Below are positions 10,079 to 18,663 of a DNA stretch of 64,000 nt, piece by piece. Both the position numbers and the translations under genes were made by a program. Each line of letters opens with the position of its first letter. Position 1 is the first letter of the stretch. Location: positions 20,001 to 84,000 of the forward strand of contig CASDYX010000004.1 in NCBI GenBank assembly GCA_949286215.1, in the 5' to 3' direction. The notes below the pieces were generated by a model. That model made no database searches and had not been told where the DNA came from. It saw only the letters and a list, made by a program, of their open reading frames with translations. The DNA comes from an uncultured Pseudomonadota bacterium. GTDB taxonomy: Bacteria; Pseudomonadota; Alphaproteobacteria; RF32; CAG-239.

Positions 10079-10813
10079 TTATCGAACTTTGTTTAGCGTC
10101 AATGAATATCTATCTACCGTAAAGCCGACCGGGTTATTTAATCGTTCACCATATTTTACGCTTTTTTTAACATAACCGACACGGAGAGATGCCGTCCAAT
10201 AATTTATTTCCGGCTTAACAGAATCCGGATACATATCTTGAGTTTCATATTCTACTTGCCAAAGTCCTTGACCAAGCTCATTTACCGTTAAGATACGAAC
10301 ATTTCTTTGCAGGCTCTTGGTTCGGATAATTTCGATTGCCCTTTTAGCCGTCTTATTCAAAAATTCTTGATAAACTGCCGGAGAAGACATTTCTTGTATC
10401 GGGCCGCCCGGCATCCAACGAGCTTCCATTTCCGGAATATCCCTATCAAAAGAACTCCTTTGCAACACATATTCTCTCACAAACACTTCGGTAATGGCTT
10501 TTTCATCTGCCAAATTGCCCCTAACAGGAACAATATTATAAACCTGTTCCCCCTTTGCCTGAAACGTTAATAAAAACGGCTCTATACGGAACAAAGGCAT
10601 TACTTGAACAATTGCCAAAAACAACACGACATTACAGCACAAACTAATAGCTGTAATTACGGCGAATGCACGAGCCGTCCAAAGATATCTTTTTTCACCG
10701 ACATTCGCAACGAAGACGTCTTCCGTCGTACGAGACTTAACTTGCGACTGAGGACGCACCTGTCCCCCACCAATAAGACGTTGCTGTGTGTTATTTTCCA
10801 GACGATTATCCAT
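10079..10813 (-). CDS. virB8: VirB8-family protein: N-terminal cytoplasmic tail, one TM, and a periplasmic NTF2-like domain
   Basis: The single TM is AFAVITAISLCCNVVLFLAIVQV. The C-terminal NPVGFTVDRYSL matches the VirB8 NPxGF signature. Its size is 244 aa. Confidence 0.75.
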   Translation of the reverse strand: MDNRLENNTQQRLIGGGQVRPQSQVKSRTTEDVFVANVGEKRYLWTARAFAVITAISLCCNVVLFLAIVQVMPLFRIEPFLLTFQAKGEQVYNIVPVRGNLADEKAITEVFVREYVLQRSSFDRDIPEMEARWMPGGPIQEMSSPAVYQEFLNKTAKRAIEIIRTKSLQRNVRILTVNELGQGLWQVEYETQDMYPDSVKPEINYWTASLRVGYVKKSVKYGERLNNPVGFTVDRYSLTLNKVR

Positions 10814-10821
10814 TGGTTTTC

Positions 10822-11010
10822 CTAAATCGTTTCAACAAACCAATCGGGAAGATTTTTAGGCAGTTCAACCTGCATACAAGCGCAAGGTGATAACTTCAAT
10901 TCATCAACACCTTTACCAACGCCTACCGGTTCAGCCTCATAATATGAACCAAAAATGCCGCAAGATGATAGCAGCATGAGCACAAAAAGCATAATTATCT
11001 TTTTTGACAT
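10822..11010 (-). CDS. virB7: Small lipoprotein, VirB7-like by position and size
   Basis: It is 62 aa with the lipobox LLSSC in MSKKIIMLFVLMLLSSCG. It sits between the two virB8 paralogs. Confidence 0.55.
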   Translation of the reverse strand: MSKKIIMLFVLMLLSSCGIFGSYYEAEPVGVGKGVDELKLSPCACMQVELPKNLPDWFVETI

Positions 11011-11124
11011 GTCTTAATTTCCTTATCTATATTATTCGAGTACTCTTATAGATGTTATGAAATTATACTCTTTTTCATTAAAAGTCTAATATCGTCTTGC
11101 GAAAATCCCCAACTTATCAACAAA

Positions 11125-11883
11125 CTATAATATTTCTACTTCAGCTTGCGAGTAGCGCGTGACGGTAAAACCTATCGGATTAATCAATCTCAAGCCCGTA
11201 AATTCTCGCCCGGGGATGAAAAATGCCGTGACTGATGCCGTCCAATATTTAACTGTCATTATTCTGGCGCGGGTCTTTTTATCTACCGCATATTTTGATA
11301 ATTCATAAGTTTTGAAATCCACTTTCCAGACAGGGCTTCTCTCTCCGCCTTGTTTGCCTATGGAGATAATTTCTACTTCTCTAACTATGCCATCGTGGCG
11401 CATTTTTTCCCAAATGCTGTCACGGTACTGAGAAAACTCGTTATAAACTCTTGGAGCTGACAAAAAATTAACCATTCCGCCGTCATACCAGCGAACTTGC
11501 ATTTCTCTTTCATCATCAATTATGGTGTTGCGAAGAATTACAAATTGCGCAACAAAAATTTCCATGAGCTTGTTTTTAGATGCCATCCGGTTTGTAATTG
11601 CTTCTGCGCGAACTATCCCCTCAGATGTATCTTGATTGATGATTAAAAACGGCTCGACCGAAACCTGTGGCGCTAACTTAAAAAGGGCCAAAGAAAAACT
11701 CATAAACACTAAAAGTGATAATATTGCAAAAAATATAAAAAGACGTGAAAGCCACATATAATATTTAAGCTTAAAGCCTTCTTTTTCTTGCTCTGTTTCG
11801 CTGATGAACTCGTGCGTTTGGCCGTTAGAATCCGTCAATGACAGAACCTTGGCGCCTTCTAACTGCGGATTTATATTGTTCAT
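11125..11883 (-). CDS. virB8: VirB8-family paralog
   Basis: The TM is LFIFFAILSLLVFMSFSLALF. The C-terminal INPIGFTVTRYSQ matches the VirB8 signature and parallels 10079..10813. Confidence 0.7.
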   Translation of the reverse strand: MNNINPQLEGAKVLSLTDSNGQTHEFISETEQEKEGFKLKYYMWLSRLFIFFAILSLLVFMSFSLALFKLAPQVSVEPFLIINQDTSEGIVRAEAITNRMASKNKLMEIFVAQFVILRNTIIDDEREMQVRWYDGGMVNFLSAPRVYNEFSQYRDSIWEKMRHDGIVREVEIISIGKQGGERSPVWKVDFKTYELSKYAVDKKTRARIMTVKYWTASVTAFFIPGREFTGLRLINPIGFTVTRYSQAEVEIL

Positions 11884-11898
11884 CTCGTCCTCTTGCCG

Positions 11899-14800
11899 TT
11901 AATATGCTGCACAGAAAGGTATCGGATAAGCATTTATTTGTTTTTCAAATTCTTCATCGGCTTTTTTCTTGTATTCCGATGTTACTTGATGGTTGACTTC
12001 TTCCGTCTTTATTTGTTCATCTAATTCCGAACCACTGTCTGTGGCATCATTTAATGATATGTATGCTTCCTTATCTTTGCGCAAAGCAGTAAATATATTC
12101 TTAATCTTATCTACTCTTTCTTCAACTATTTCATTCTCCATCACATTAACTGCACTTAATTCTTCTGTTCCCTCATTTACTAATGTGTTTTTATAGCGCA
12201 TCAGTGTTTCTTTGGTTAAGTCATAGTCTTCTTGCTTTGCTAAGTCATAATCCGCACGCGGGGTAAAGCCTATCTTTTCAAATTGTTCAAACAAGTCTGC
12301 TTTGGCTTCATCTACGCTCAACTTCATTTCCTCAAGCGCTTGACGATAGCTGATTTCTTGTTCAACAAAGCTCAAGAAATTGCCGATTTGGTTATGATTC
12401 AATAAGGCTTTTTCATATACTATATCTTGCATATTCTCAGTATATGATCCGCCATTTTGTTCTTCTGCCATTTTTTCTAAACGTGTTAATACGGTGTTGG
12501 GGGCATCATTGTAATATAGGCCAGAATCCGTTGCCTTTAACAATGTGCCTAGTTCACTATGCGCACCATTTTCTTCTTTTTCTTGCGAGGTGAGAACTTT
12601 GGCTGAGGCGGTTACATCTTCAACTTTATCTTTTATTGTTACGTATCTCTTTATTTGCCCTAAGATGCCGGGGGCCTTTTCTATGCTTATTTCGTTACAT
12701 TGCGGCATTTGGCTGATTTCCTCTTGATTGGCAAGAGTTTGCTTATTATAGACGCTAAATGTTCCATCCTCATTGACTAAATCTACAATTTGGTCATCCA
12801 AAATACAGGGGTATCTGCCACCGCGCATAAAGTTTGCTGCTTCGTCCCCCTCGGATAACAAGGTTTTTAGGTCAATATCCTTATCAACAAAAGCCTTGTC
12901 TTTTAAGATTAATTTCCATATTTCAGGGAATTTTCCTCCACTGTTAAGGAAACCTTCTTTGCTGATTCCTCCATCTGAAGTTTTTCCTACATTATCAGAA
13001 TCGACATCGTCAAAGTGTACAACCTCTCTGAGTGGCGGTAAATATTCTTTAAGAGAATTTTTCGGAGCCATAAAATCGCGCTCTTTGCCATATGAACCAA
13101 CAAAATATTCCGAATCCTCTTGCATGCAAACATCTTCGGCACAGGCCTTTTCTATTAACATTTTTTGAAACATCGTTGTCAGAGGTTCAATGATAGATTT
13201 TGTTTTTGCATAGGCTCCTACTGATGATGAGAATTCTTGCAAGCCCTCAACAGGTAATGCTTTTAATTTTGTCATTAAATTTTGGTGCAGACTTAAAATC
13301 TTGTCTCCATAAGCACCAATGTACACATCTTCTCCTAAATTTAATATTGCATTGTGGGTATCATCAACCAACTGAATGGCGTATTTTCTCGTATCATCCG
13401 TTAAACCATTGGCTGTTTGCAAAATATTTAACAAACTAAACGCAGGCTTAATTCCATCTATTCCAGGTACGGGAAGTCCTATTTTATCTTTATAATAGGC
13501 AATTAAGTCCAAAGTTTCTTTTGCTTGGCGCTTTTCTTCTATGTATTTTTTAGCTTCTTCTAATTTGGTGTTATATGCCTGCTCTATTTGTTGAACTTGT
13601 GCAATATAATTTTTTTCAACAGCATCTATATCGGCATCAATGGCTTCTATCTGCTCATTTATTGCCCCTATTTCTTTATCCTTACTATCAACCTGAGCCT
13701 TCAGACTTGAGGCTAGTTTGTCTTTTTCTTGTACTTCGGATTGATAACGGTTGATTTCTTCTTTTGCAAAAGTCATCCCCTCCGTATCTTCCAAATTGAG
13801 GACTTCGGTTTCACTATTGTTGGTTGCCGTATATTCTGCACTTTGTGCGGCTTGGGTTTTCTCTTCTACGACATCCGTTGTTTCCAGAGTATTTACATCT
13901 ACCGTTTCTTCGACTTTTGCATCAAGCTCTGCATCTAACTTGGCCTTTTCTTGCTCATAGTTAAAGGTGTTATATTGTGCGCCAAAATATAGTGTTCTAC
14001 TCAGACTATATTTGGTCGTATTCTGAGGTGCATAGTCTCCGTTATCACTAAAAGGCCGACGACGAAACAGTGTTTTCTTTTCTGTGTTGGACTGAGACCC
14101 TGTGGAAGAATTATTCTCCGGATATAGGCTTAATGAACCATCTGGATTGCTGATAACATTTGATTGTTCCAAATTTTGTTTTTCTTGAACTTGTTGTTGC
14201 TTTGCTTGATAGTTTAACTTGTTCATTTTGTCTTTATATTCGGAAATAGCTTCACTGGTATCAAAAAGCATTTTTTGCTCAGTATTTTCCTTATATTCCG
14301 TCGAGTAAACCTGCTTTGTGGTTTCCGGACTAATTTCATAGGTTTCTGATGTATACTCAACATCACTTTGCTTTATGATATTGTCCTCAATATTGCCTTG
14401 GCGGTCTTCAAGATCTTTAAGCATTTTTTCTTGCGTCGAAATCCCTGCTTGTGCGGATAGTTTATCTTCTTGTACTGTATTGAGTTGTTCGGAATAATCT
14501 GATAATAGACTTGAAGCCTTATCTAATTTTGCCTGCAGGTTCTTTTTTTGGCTTTCTAAACTTTGGAGGCGAGATTGCTTTGTGTTTAGAGCCTGTTGCA
14601 ATAAATCATCTCGATTTTTTTCTAACTCTTCCAATACGGTAGCCGGATCTGAAGTTGCGGCTTCTTTCTTCAATTGTGCAGCAAGACTATCAAGACCTGC
14701 TCGATTGTTGGCTCTTTCGTCCGCATCTTCTGTTAAGATGTCATTGAGAGGATAGGCTATCTCTACTATAATTGAGCTAACATCGTACTGTTGTAAGTAA

Positions 14801-16512
14801 TCTTTGATATTGCCATACTTACCGCTCAGATATTGATTATAAAAACTGATTTGATCGTTCCATATTGGAAATTTTTCTGTCGGCGTACCCCATTGTGGCG
14901 TTGTTTTATGTTGATCTTCTACCAACATCTGCGCTGCCTCTGAGCCTATGTTGAAAGATACCATTTGAGATTCCCGTGTGGATTCTTCTATCTTCTCGGT
15001 TTGGCTTGCATCTACCAAACCGTTACTGTTTTTAGTTTCCAGCTCTTTTTGAATTGTTTTAAATCCATCGGCATCATCTATATCAACATCAGTGCTGATT
15101 TCAATTGTTCCCAAATCTTCCGGCTCTATCGGGGTGCTTTCTTCTGATTTTGCTAATTCAAATGCTTTGACAGCCCAACCAGATAAACCTTGGCGAGCAT
15201 CATAGTCATTGGTGGCAGCATCAGCCATATTGCCTTTCCATACTGTTTGAGGAGATGAATAGTAACGGCCTAAATATTGCATAACACATTGGTCTGATGC
15301 ATCTACAGCTTCAATTGCTTTTTGGTGTAATCTTTGATATTGCTGATAGCTCTTAAATATTTCCTGATAACTGTCCAATGCTTGTATTAAATTATGGACC
15401 TCCAGTGCTTCTTGGGCTTTTTCATATACAGGAGCAATTTTATCTAATTCCTTAATTTTTTCTTCATTGCCGGCAAATGGAGAATCAATGTTTGGCTTGG
15501 TTGCCTCTCCAAAGGTGACATTTCCGTAAAGGGACGGATTATAGACATAATCTTCATCATCATCTTGGGTCGTTGTGGTTTCTGCCGCTGTTTGAGATGA
15601 TTTGAGATTGAAATCGGCTTGTGTAATAAAACCTAATTGACCAAACATTAAGGTTTCTTGCCGCGAAACAACACCTGAAGAAGCAAATTTTAACGTCTCA
15701 TGAGTGCTATTGAAAGATGTTTTTTCTTGAGCAGCTTTTTCTTTGGCTTCTCTCTCTTCTTTGCTGACATAGTCTGCAGGAGTAATTTGGTTATGCAGTA
15801 AAAGAGCCGCTTCGTATTGAATTTTCATAGCCAAGACTTCTTGGGTTATTTTTAAGATACTGTCCATGGTTTCATAAGCGTTAAAAGCATTTTTCCAAGC
15901 ACCGTTTTCGTCATCACCACTTTCGGCTCCATCAGCGCCGGAACTACCACCGGCAAATGTGGTTGAAAGTTTGTCAACCTCTACCGTCAAGGTTTCCAGC
16001 TCTTCTTCCAACTTTCGAGAAGATGTATAAATTTCAATAACCGTATCTTCATAAAACTCTTGCGCTTTAGCTTCATAAGCTCTGCATTGCTCATATTCAT
16101 CGGCACCTTTATCACAATCAACAGGATAAGCTAAAAACAGCTCATATAAGGCCTGTTTTACGGAATTGGCATCATAAATATCGGCTGTTTTTGTTTCTTC
16201 AATGGTTTTAGAACCTGGCATGTCCTTTTTTTCTTTTTTTTGGAACAAGCCACTCATGAAACCTGTAAATTTAGACATATATTTGTCTTTAGCCGCCTTA
16301 ACTGCCGCAGTAGCATTGTTGGCATAAGTTTGGAGTTGAGCTGCGGCCCCTTGCGCTGTAGCTGCAATATTTTGTGAAGCTCCGGCCACATCTGTTGGAG
16401 CATCCCCTGTCGGAGTAAATGGCCCCGGGGGTAGAAGAAAGCCATAAGAAGACATTGCCGAACCAAGAATCAGCATAGAAGAAAGAGTAATTATTTTGAG
16501 TAGTTTAATCAT
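11899..16512 (-). CDS. 1537-aa secreted acidic coiled-coil protein with no transmembrane segments
   Basis: It has a signal peptide MIKLLKIITLSSMLILGSAMSSYG. The sequence is E/K/Q/D-rich with heptad-like stretches, and the translation shows no hydrophobic helices. It lies between virB8 and the upstream secreted-protein genes. Confidence 0.7.
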   Translation of the reverse strand: MIKLLKIITLSSMLILGSAMSSYGFLLPPGPFTPTGDAPTDVAGASQNIAATAQGAAAQLQTYANNATAAVKAAKDKYMSKFTGFMSGLFQKKEKKDMPGSKTIEETKTADIYDANSVKQALYELFLAYPVDCDKGADEYEQCRAYEAKAQEFYEDTVIEIYTSSRKLEEELETLTVEVDKLSTTFAGGSSGADGAESGDDENGAWKNAFNAYETMDSILKITQEVLAMKIQYEAALLLHNQITPADYVSKEEREAKEKAAQEKTSFNSTHETLKFASSGVVSRQETLMFGQLGFITQADFNLKSSQTAAETTTTQDDDEDYVYNPSLYGNVTFGEATKPNIDSPFAGNEEKIKELDKIAPVYEKAQEALEVHNLIQALDSYQEIFKSYQQYQRLHQKAIEAVDASDQCVMQYLGRYYSSPQTVWKGNMADAATNDYDARQGLSGWAVKAFELAKSEESTPIEPEDLGTIEISTDVDIDDADGFKTIQKELETKNSNGLVDASQTEKIEESTRESQMVSFNIGSEAAQMLVEDQHKTTPQWGTPTEKFPIWNDQISFYNQYLSGKYGNIKDYLQQYDVSSIIVEIAYPLNDILTEDADERANNRAGLDSLAAQLKKEAATSDPATVLEELEKNRDDLLQQALNTKQSRLQSLESQKKNLQAKLDKASSLLSDYSEQLNTVQEDKLSAQAGISTQEKMLKDLEDRQGNIEDNIIKQSDVEYTSETYEISPETTKQVYSTEYKENTEQKMLFDTSEAISEYKDKMNKLNYQAKQQQVQEKQNLEQSNVISNPDGSLSLYPENNSSTGSQSNTEKKTLFRRRPFSDNGDYAPQNTTKYSLSRTLYFGAQYNTFNYEQEKAKLDAELDAKVEETVDVNTLETTDVVEEKTQAAQSAEYTATNNSETEVLNLEDTEGMTFAKEEINRYQSEVQEKDKLASSLKAQVDSKDKEIGAINEQIEAIDADIDAVEKNYIAQVQQIEQAYNTKLEEAKKYIEEKRQAKETLDLIAYYKDKIGLPVPGIDGIKPAFSLLNILQTANGLTDDTRKYAIQLVDDTHNAILNLGEDVYIGAYGDKILSLHQNLMTKLKALPVEGLQEFSSSVGAYAKTKSIIEPLTTMFQKMLIEKACAEDVCMQEDSEYFVGSYGKERDFMAPKNSLKEYLPPLREVVHFDDVDSDNVGKTSDGGISKEGFLNSGGKFPEIWKLILKDKAFVDKDIDLKTLLSEGDEAANFMRGGRYPCILDDQIVDLVNEDGTFSVYNKQTLANQEEISQMPQCNEISIEKAPGILGQIKRYVTIKDKVEDVTASAKVLTSQEKEENGAHSELGTLLKATDSGLYYNDAPNTVLTRLEKMAEEQNGGSYTENMQDIVYEKALLNHNQIGNFLSFVEQEISYRQALEEMKLSVDEAKADLFEQFEKIGFTPRADYDLAKQEDYDLTKETLMRYKNTLVNEGTEELSAVNVMENEIVEERVDKIKNIFTALRKDKEAYISLNDATDSGSELDEQIKTEEVNHQVTSEYKKKADEEFEKQINAYPIPFCAAY

Positions 16513-16525
16513 TCTTTTTCTCCTT

Positions 16526-17881
16526 TTAGAAGCCTATTCCAAGGCTACCTGTTGCTGACTTGGCTGCTGATAAACCATCTTGTGCCGTGCTTAGTCCAGA
16601 TTTTGCTTTGCCGGCTAAATTACTTAGATTATCTTTACTGAAAAAGCTCGGCTTTTCGTACTTATAATCGTCTAAGTTAAACTGGGTAACATCTTTGTTC
16701 GGATTGTTAAGTTTTCCGGCATTAATACTAGCCAGGTCTGAAGAACTTTTCATCTTCATCTCCTGAACCAATAATTTGGTGTAATCCAGCAGAGCTTGCA
16801 TATTTTGGACTTTTAATTGTGTATCTAATACGATTGCTGCGCTAGAGCCATCCATCATTGCAACGTTAGAGGCTGTATCATCTGCTTTTTCACTATTTTC
16901 ACCTCTATTGGCACGCATTTTTAATGCTAATGAATAAGCGCGCAGAATATCAGCTGTTTTTGTCTTTTGACGATATTCTTCAACCTTTTTCATATTTTCA
17001 GTAGTGAGTTCTTCTTTTTCTGGCACAAAATTATTGGAAATGGTTTGATTAAGTGCCGCTGCCGATTGGCTTTTATCACCAAACAAAGATTTAGCTGCTC
17101 CAATGCCATCTTTAGCAAGGCTTAAACTTTCTTGGGCGGCTTTTTCCTGCAAGGTCTGAATTTGTTTATCAATAGTCGCTACTTGCGCTTGATAAGCTGA
17201 CTGCTCTTTTTCTTCATTAGCCTCGTATTCTGCTTGAAGTTTCTTGATTGCCTCATTGTTGGCGGCTATTTTATCTTCTAACGCTTCTTTTTGTGAAGGA
17301 TCTTGTGCAATCTGTTGTTGGTAAACAGCATTATTATCCTGATAGGATTTTATTTTTCCTTCATATTCCGTTTTGCGTGCTTCTGCCGCTGTATTATATT
17401 CAGATTCTAATGCGCTTTTCTCATTTTTAAGGCTCAATAATTGTTGGGCGGACTGAGTATTACTTGCCATGGATGAAGCTGCTGAAAGAGCTCCTCCGGC
17501 AGCAGAACCTACTGCTCCCGAAGCGGCGCCTGAAACATCACCAACCGTACCACTAACTTCACTCGTTATATCGCCAACGGCAGATGTGGCCGTATTTTTA
17601 ACATCGTTTATGGCACCTGTGGTTTGGTTAATCCCTTCTTTTACAGCATTCGCCTGTTCTTTTAACCATTTTGCGGTTTCCATAGCTCCTTTACCATAGG
17701 CTATCATGGTTTGAATTGTGGTGGATTCATTTATGAGGGTTTGTGCCTGCTCTGCCCAACCACTTACCGTTCCTTGCACCTTATTGGCTGTGTTAGATAT
17801 ATCAAATTTTATTCCGGCTTGGCTCGGAAGACTAATTATTATTCCCAAAAGACAACTCAGAGCAAAAAGTATTTTTTTCAT
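16526..17881 (-). CDS. Secreted coiled-coil protein of 451 aa
   Basis: It has a signal peptide MKKILFALSCLLGIIISLPSQA. Its ATG overlaps the upstream stop as ATGA at 17878-17881. It is rich in Ala, Gln, Glu and Lys. Confidence 0.65.
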   Translation of the reverse strand: MKKILFALSCLLGIIISLPSQAGIKFDISNTANKVQGTVSGWAEQAQTLINESTTIQTMIAYGKGAMETAKWLKEQANAVKEGINQTTGAINDVKNTATSAVGDITSEVSGTVGDVSGAASGAVGSAAGGALSAASSMASNTQSAQQLLSLKNEKSALESEYNTAAEARKTEYEGKIKSYQDNNAVYQQQIAQDPSQKEALEDKIAANNEAIKKLQAEYEANEEKEQSAYQAQVATIDKQIQTLQEKAAQESLSLAKDGIGAAKSLFGDKSQSAAALNQTISNNFVPEKEELTTENMKKVEEYRQKTKTADILRAYSLALKMRANRGENSEKADDTASNVAMMDGSSAAIVLDTQLKVQNMQALLDYTKLLVQEMKMKSSSDLASINAGKLNNPNKDVTQFNLDDYKYEKPSFFSKDNLSNLAGKAKSGLSTAQDGLSAAKSATGSLGIGF

Positions 17882-18663
17882 GAGTCCTCCTCGGCATAGG
17901 TAAATTGTCTTGCCTGTTGAGTGCTATTAAATTCAAAAAGCATAGTGTTCATCAGCATTATTTTGCGAAATCGTTTAGCCATTTCCATTGATTTTGACTT
18001 TGTACTTTGAATTATATCTCGCGTATTTTCTTTGTCGGTTTCTTCGGCTTCTTCTTTTGCCAGATTAGATCTGATACTAAAAGCTGTTGCATATAAGTTA
18101 GCAAAATTGGCACGCTGAATTTCGTTCATCTTTTCTTCTTGCTCGTTATATATTTTGACCAAATCTGTTGTTTCTGAACTATCAGCGTTGCTTGATGTTG
18201 ATTGATTGCTTGCAGATGATGAGGTGCTTGTGTTGGATTTTGGGCGTTGCATAAAATAGTTGTTTTGGACAGCTGAGCTGAGTGCTTTAGCATCATTTAA
18301 GTCTACCTTGGTGGCAAAACCCGGCATTGAGCTACCCAAAGTGTCGAGTGAACCTTCAGGATCATTGGCAAAATTTTGCACTGCATTTACTTTATCTTTA
18401 ACAGCACTAATGTTATTGCTAATATCATTTTTTACCGAATTTACGGTATTGACAGCACTTTTGACTGTTCCCATAGCTCCCTCTGCTGCAGAGCGGATAT
18501 CTTGCTGAATTTCGTTTAAATCTTGTTGAACAGAACGAGCCTCTTCCAATCCTGTTTTGATCGGACCTAAGACTGTTCCTTGCACAGCTTCAATATCCGC
18601 ATAAGATACCTGCGGCCAAAACAAGCTTAGCGCCAACAAGAAATATGTCGACAGCCTTTTCAT
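17878..18663 (-). CDS. Secreted alpha-helical protein of 261 aa; possibly a VirB5/TrbJ-like minor pilus component by size and position
   Basis: It has a signal peptide MKRLSTYFLLALSLFWPQVSYA. It is translationally coupled at both ends. No family motif was recognised with confidence. Confidence 0.55.
   Translation of the reverse strand: MKRLSTYFLLALSLFWPQVSYADIEAVQGTVLGPIKTGLEEARSVQQDLNEIQQDIRSAAEGAMGTVKSAVNTVNSVKNDISNNISAVKDKVNAVQNFANDPEGSLDTLGSSMPGFATKVDLNDAKALSSAVQNNYFMQRPKSNTSTSSSASNQSTSSNADSSETTDLVKIYNEQEEKMNEIQRANFANLYATAFSIRSNLAKEEAEETDKENTRDIIQSTKSKSMEMAKRFRKIMLMNTMLFEFNSTQQARQFTYAEEDS

Noticed and set aside
11899-16512. 1537-aa protein as VirB6, by position between VirB8 and the upstream genes and by its large size as in Rickettsiales
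   Set aside because: The translation shows no hydrophobic helices at all beyond the signal peptide, whereas VirB6 is polytopic.
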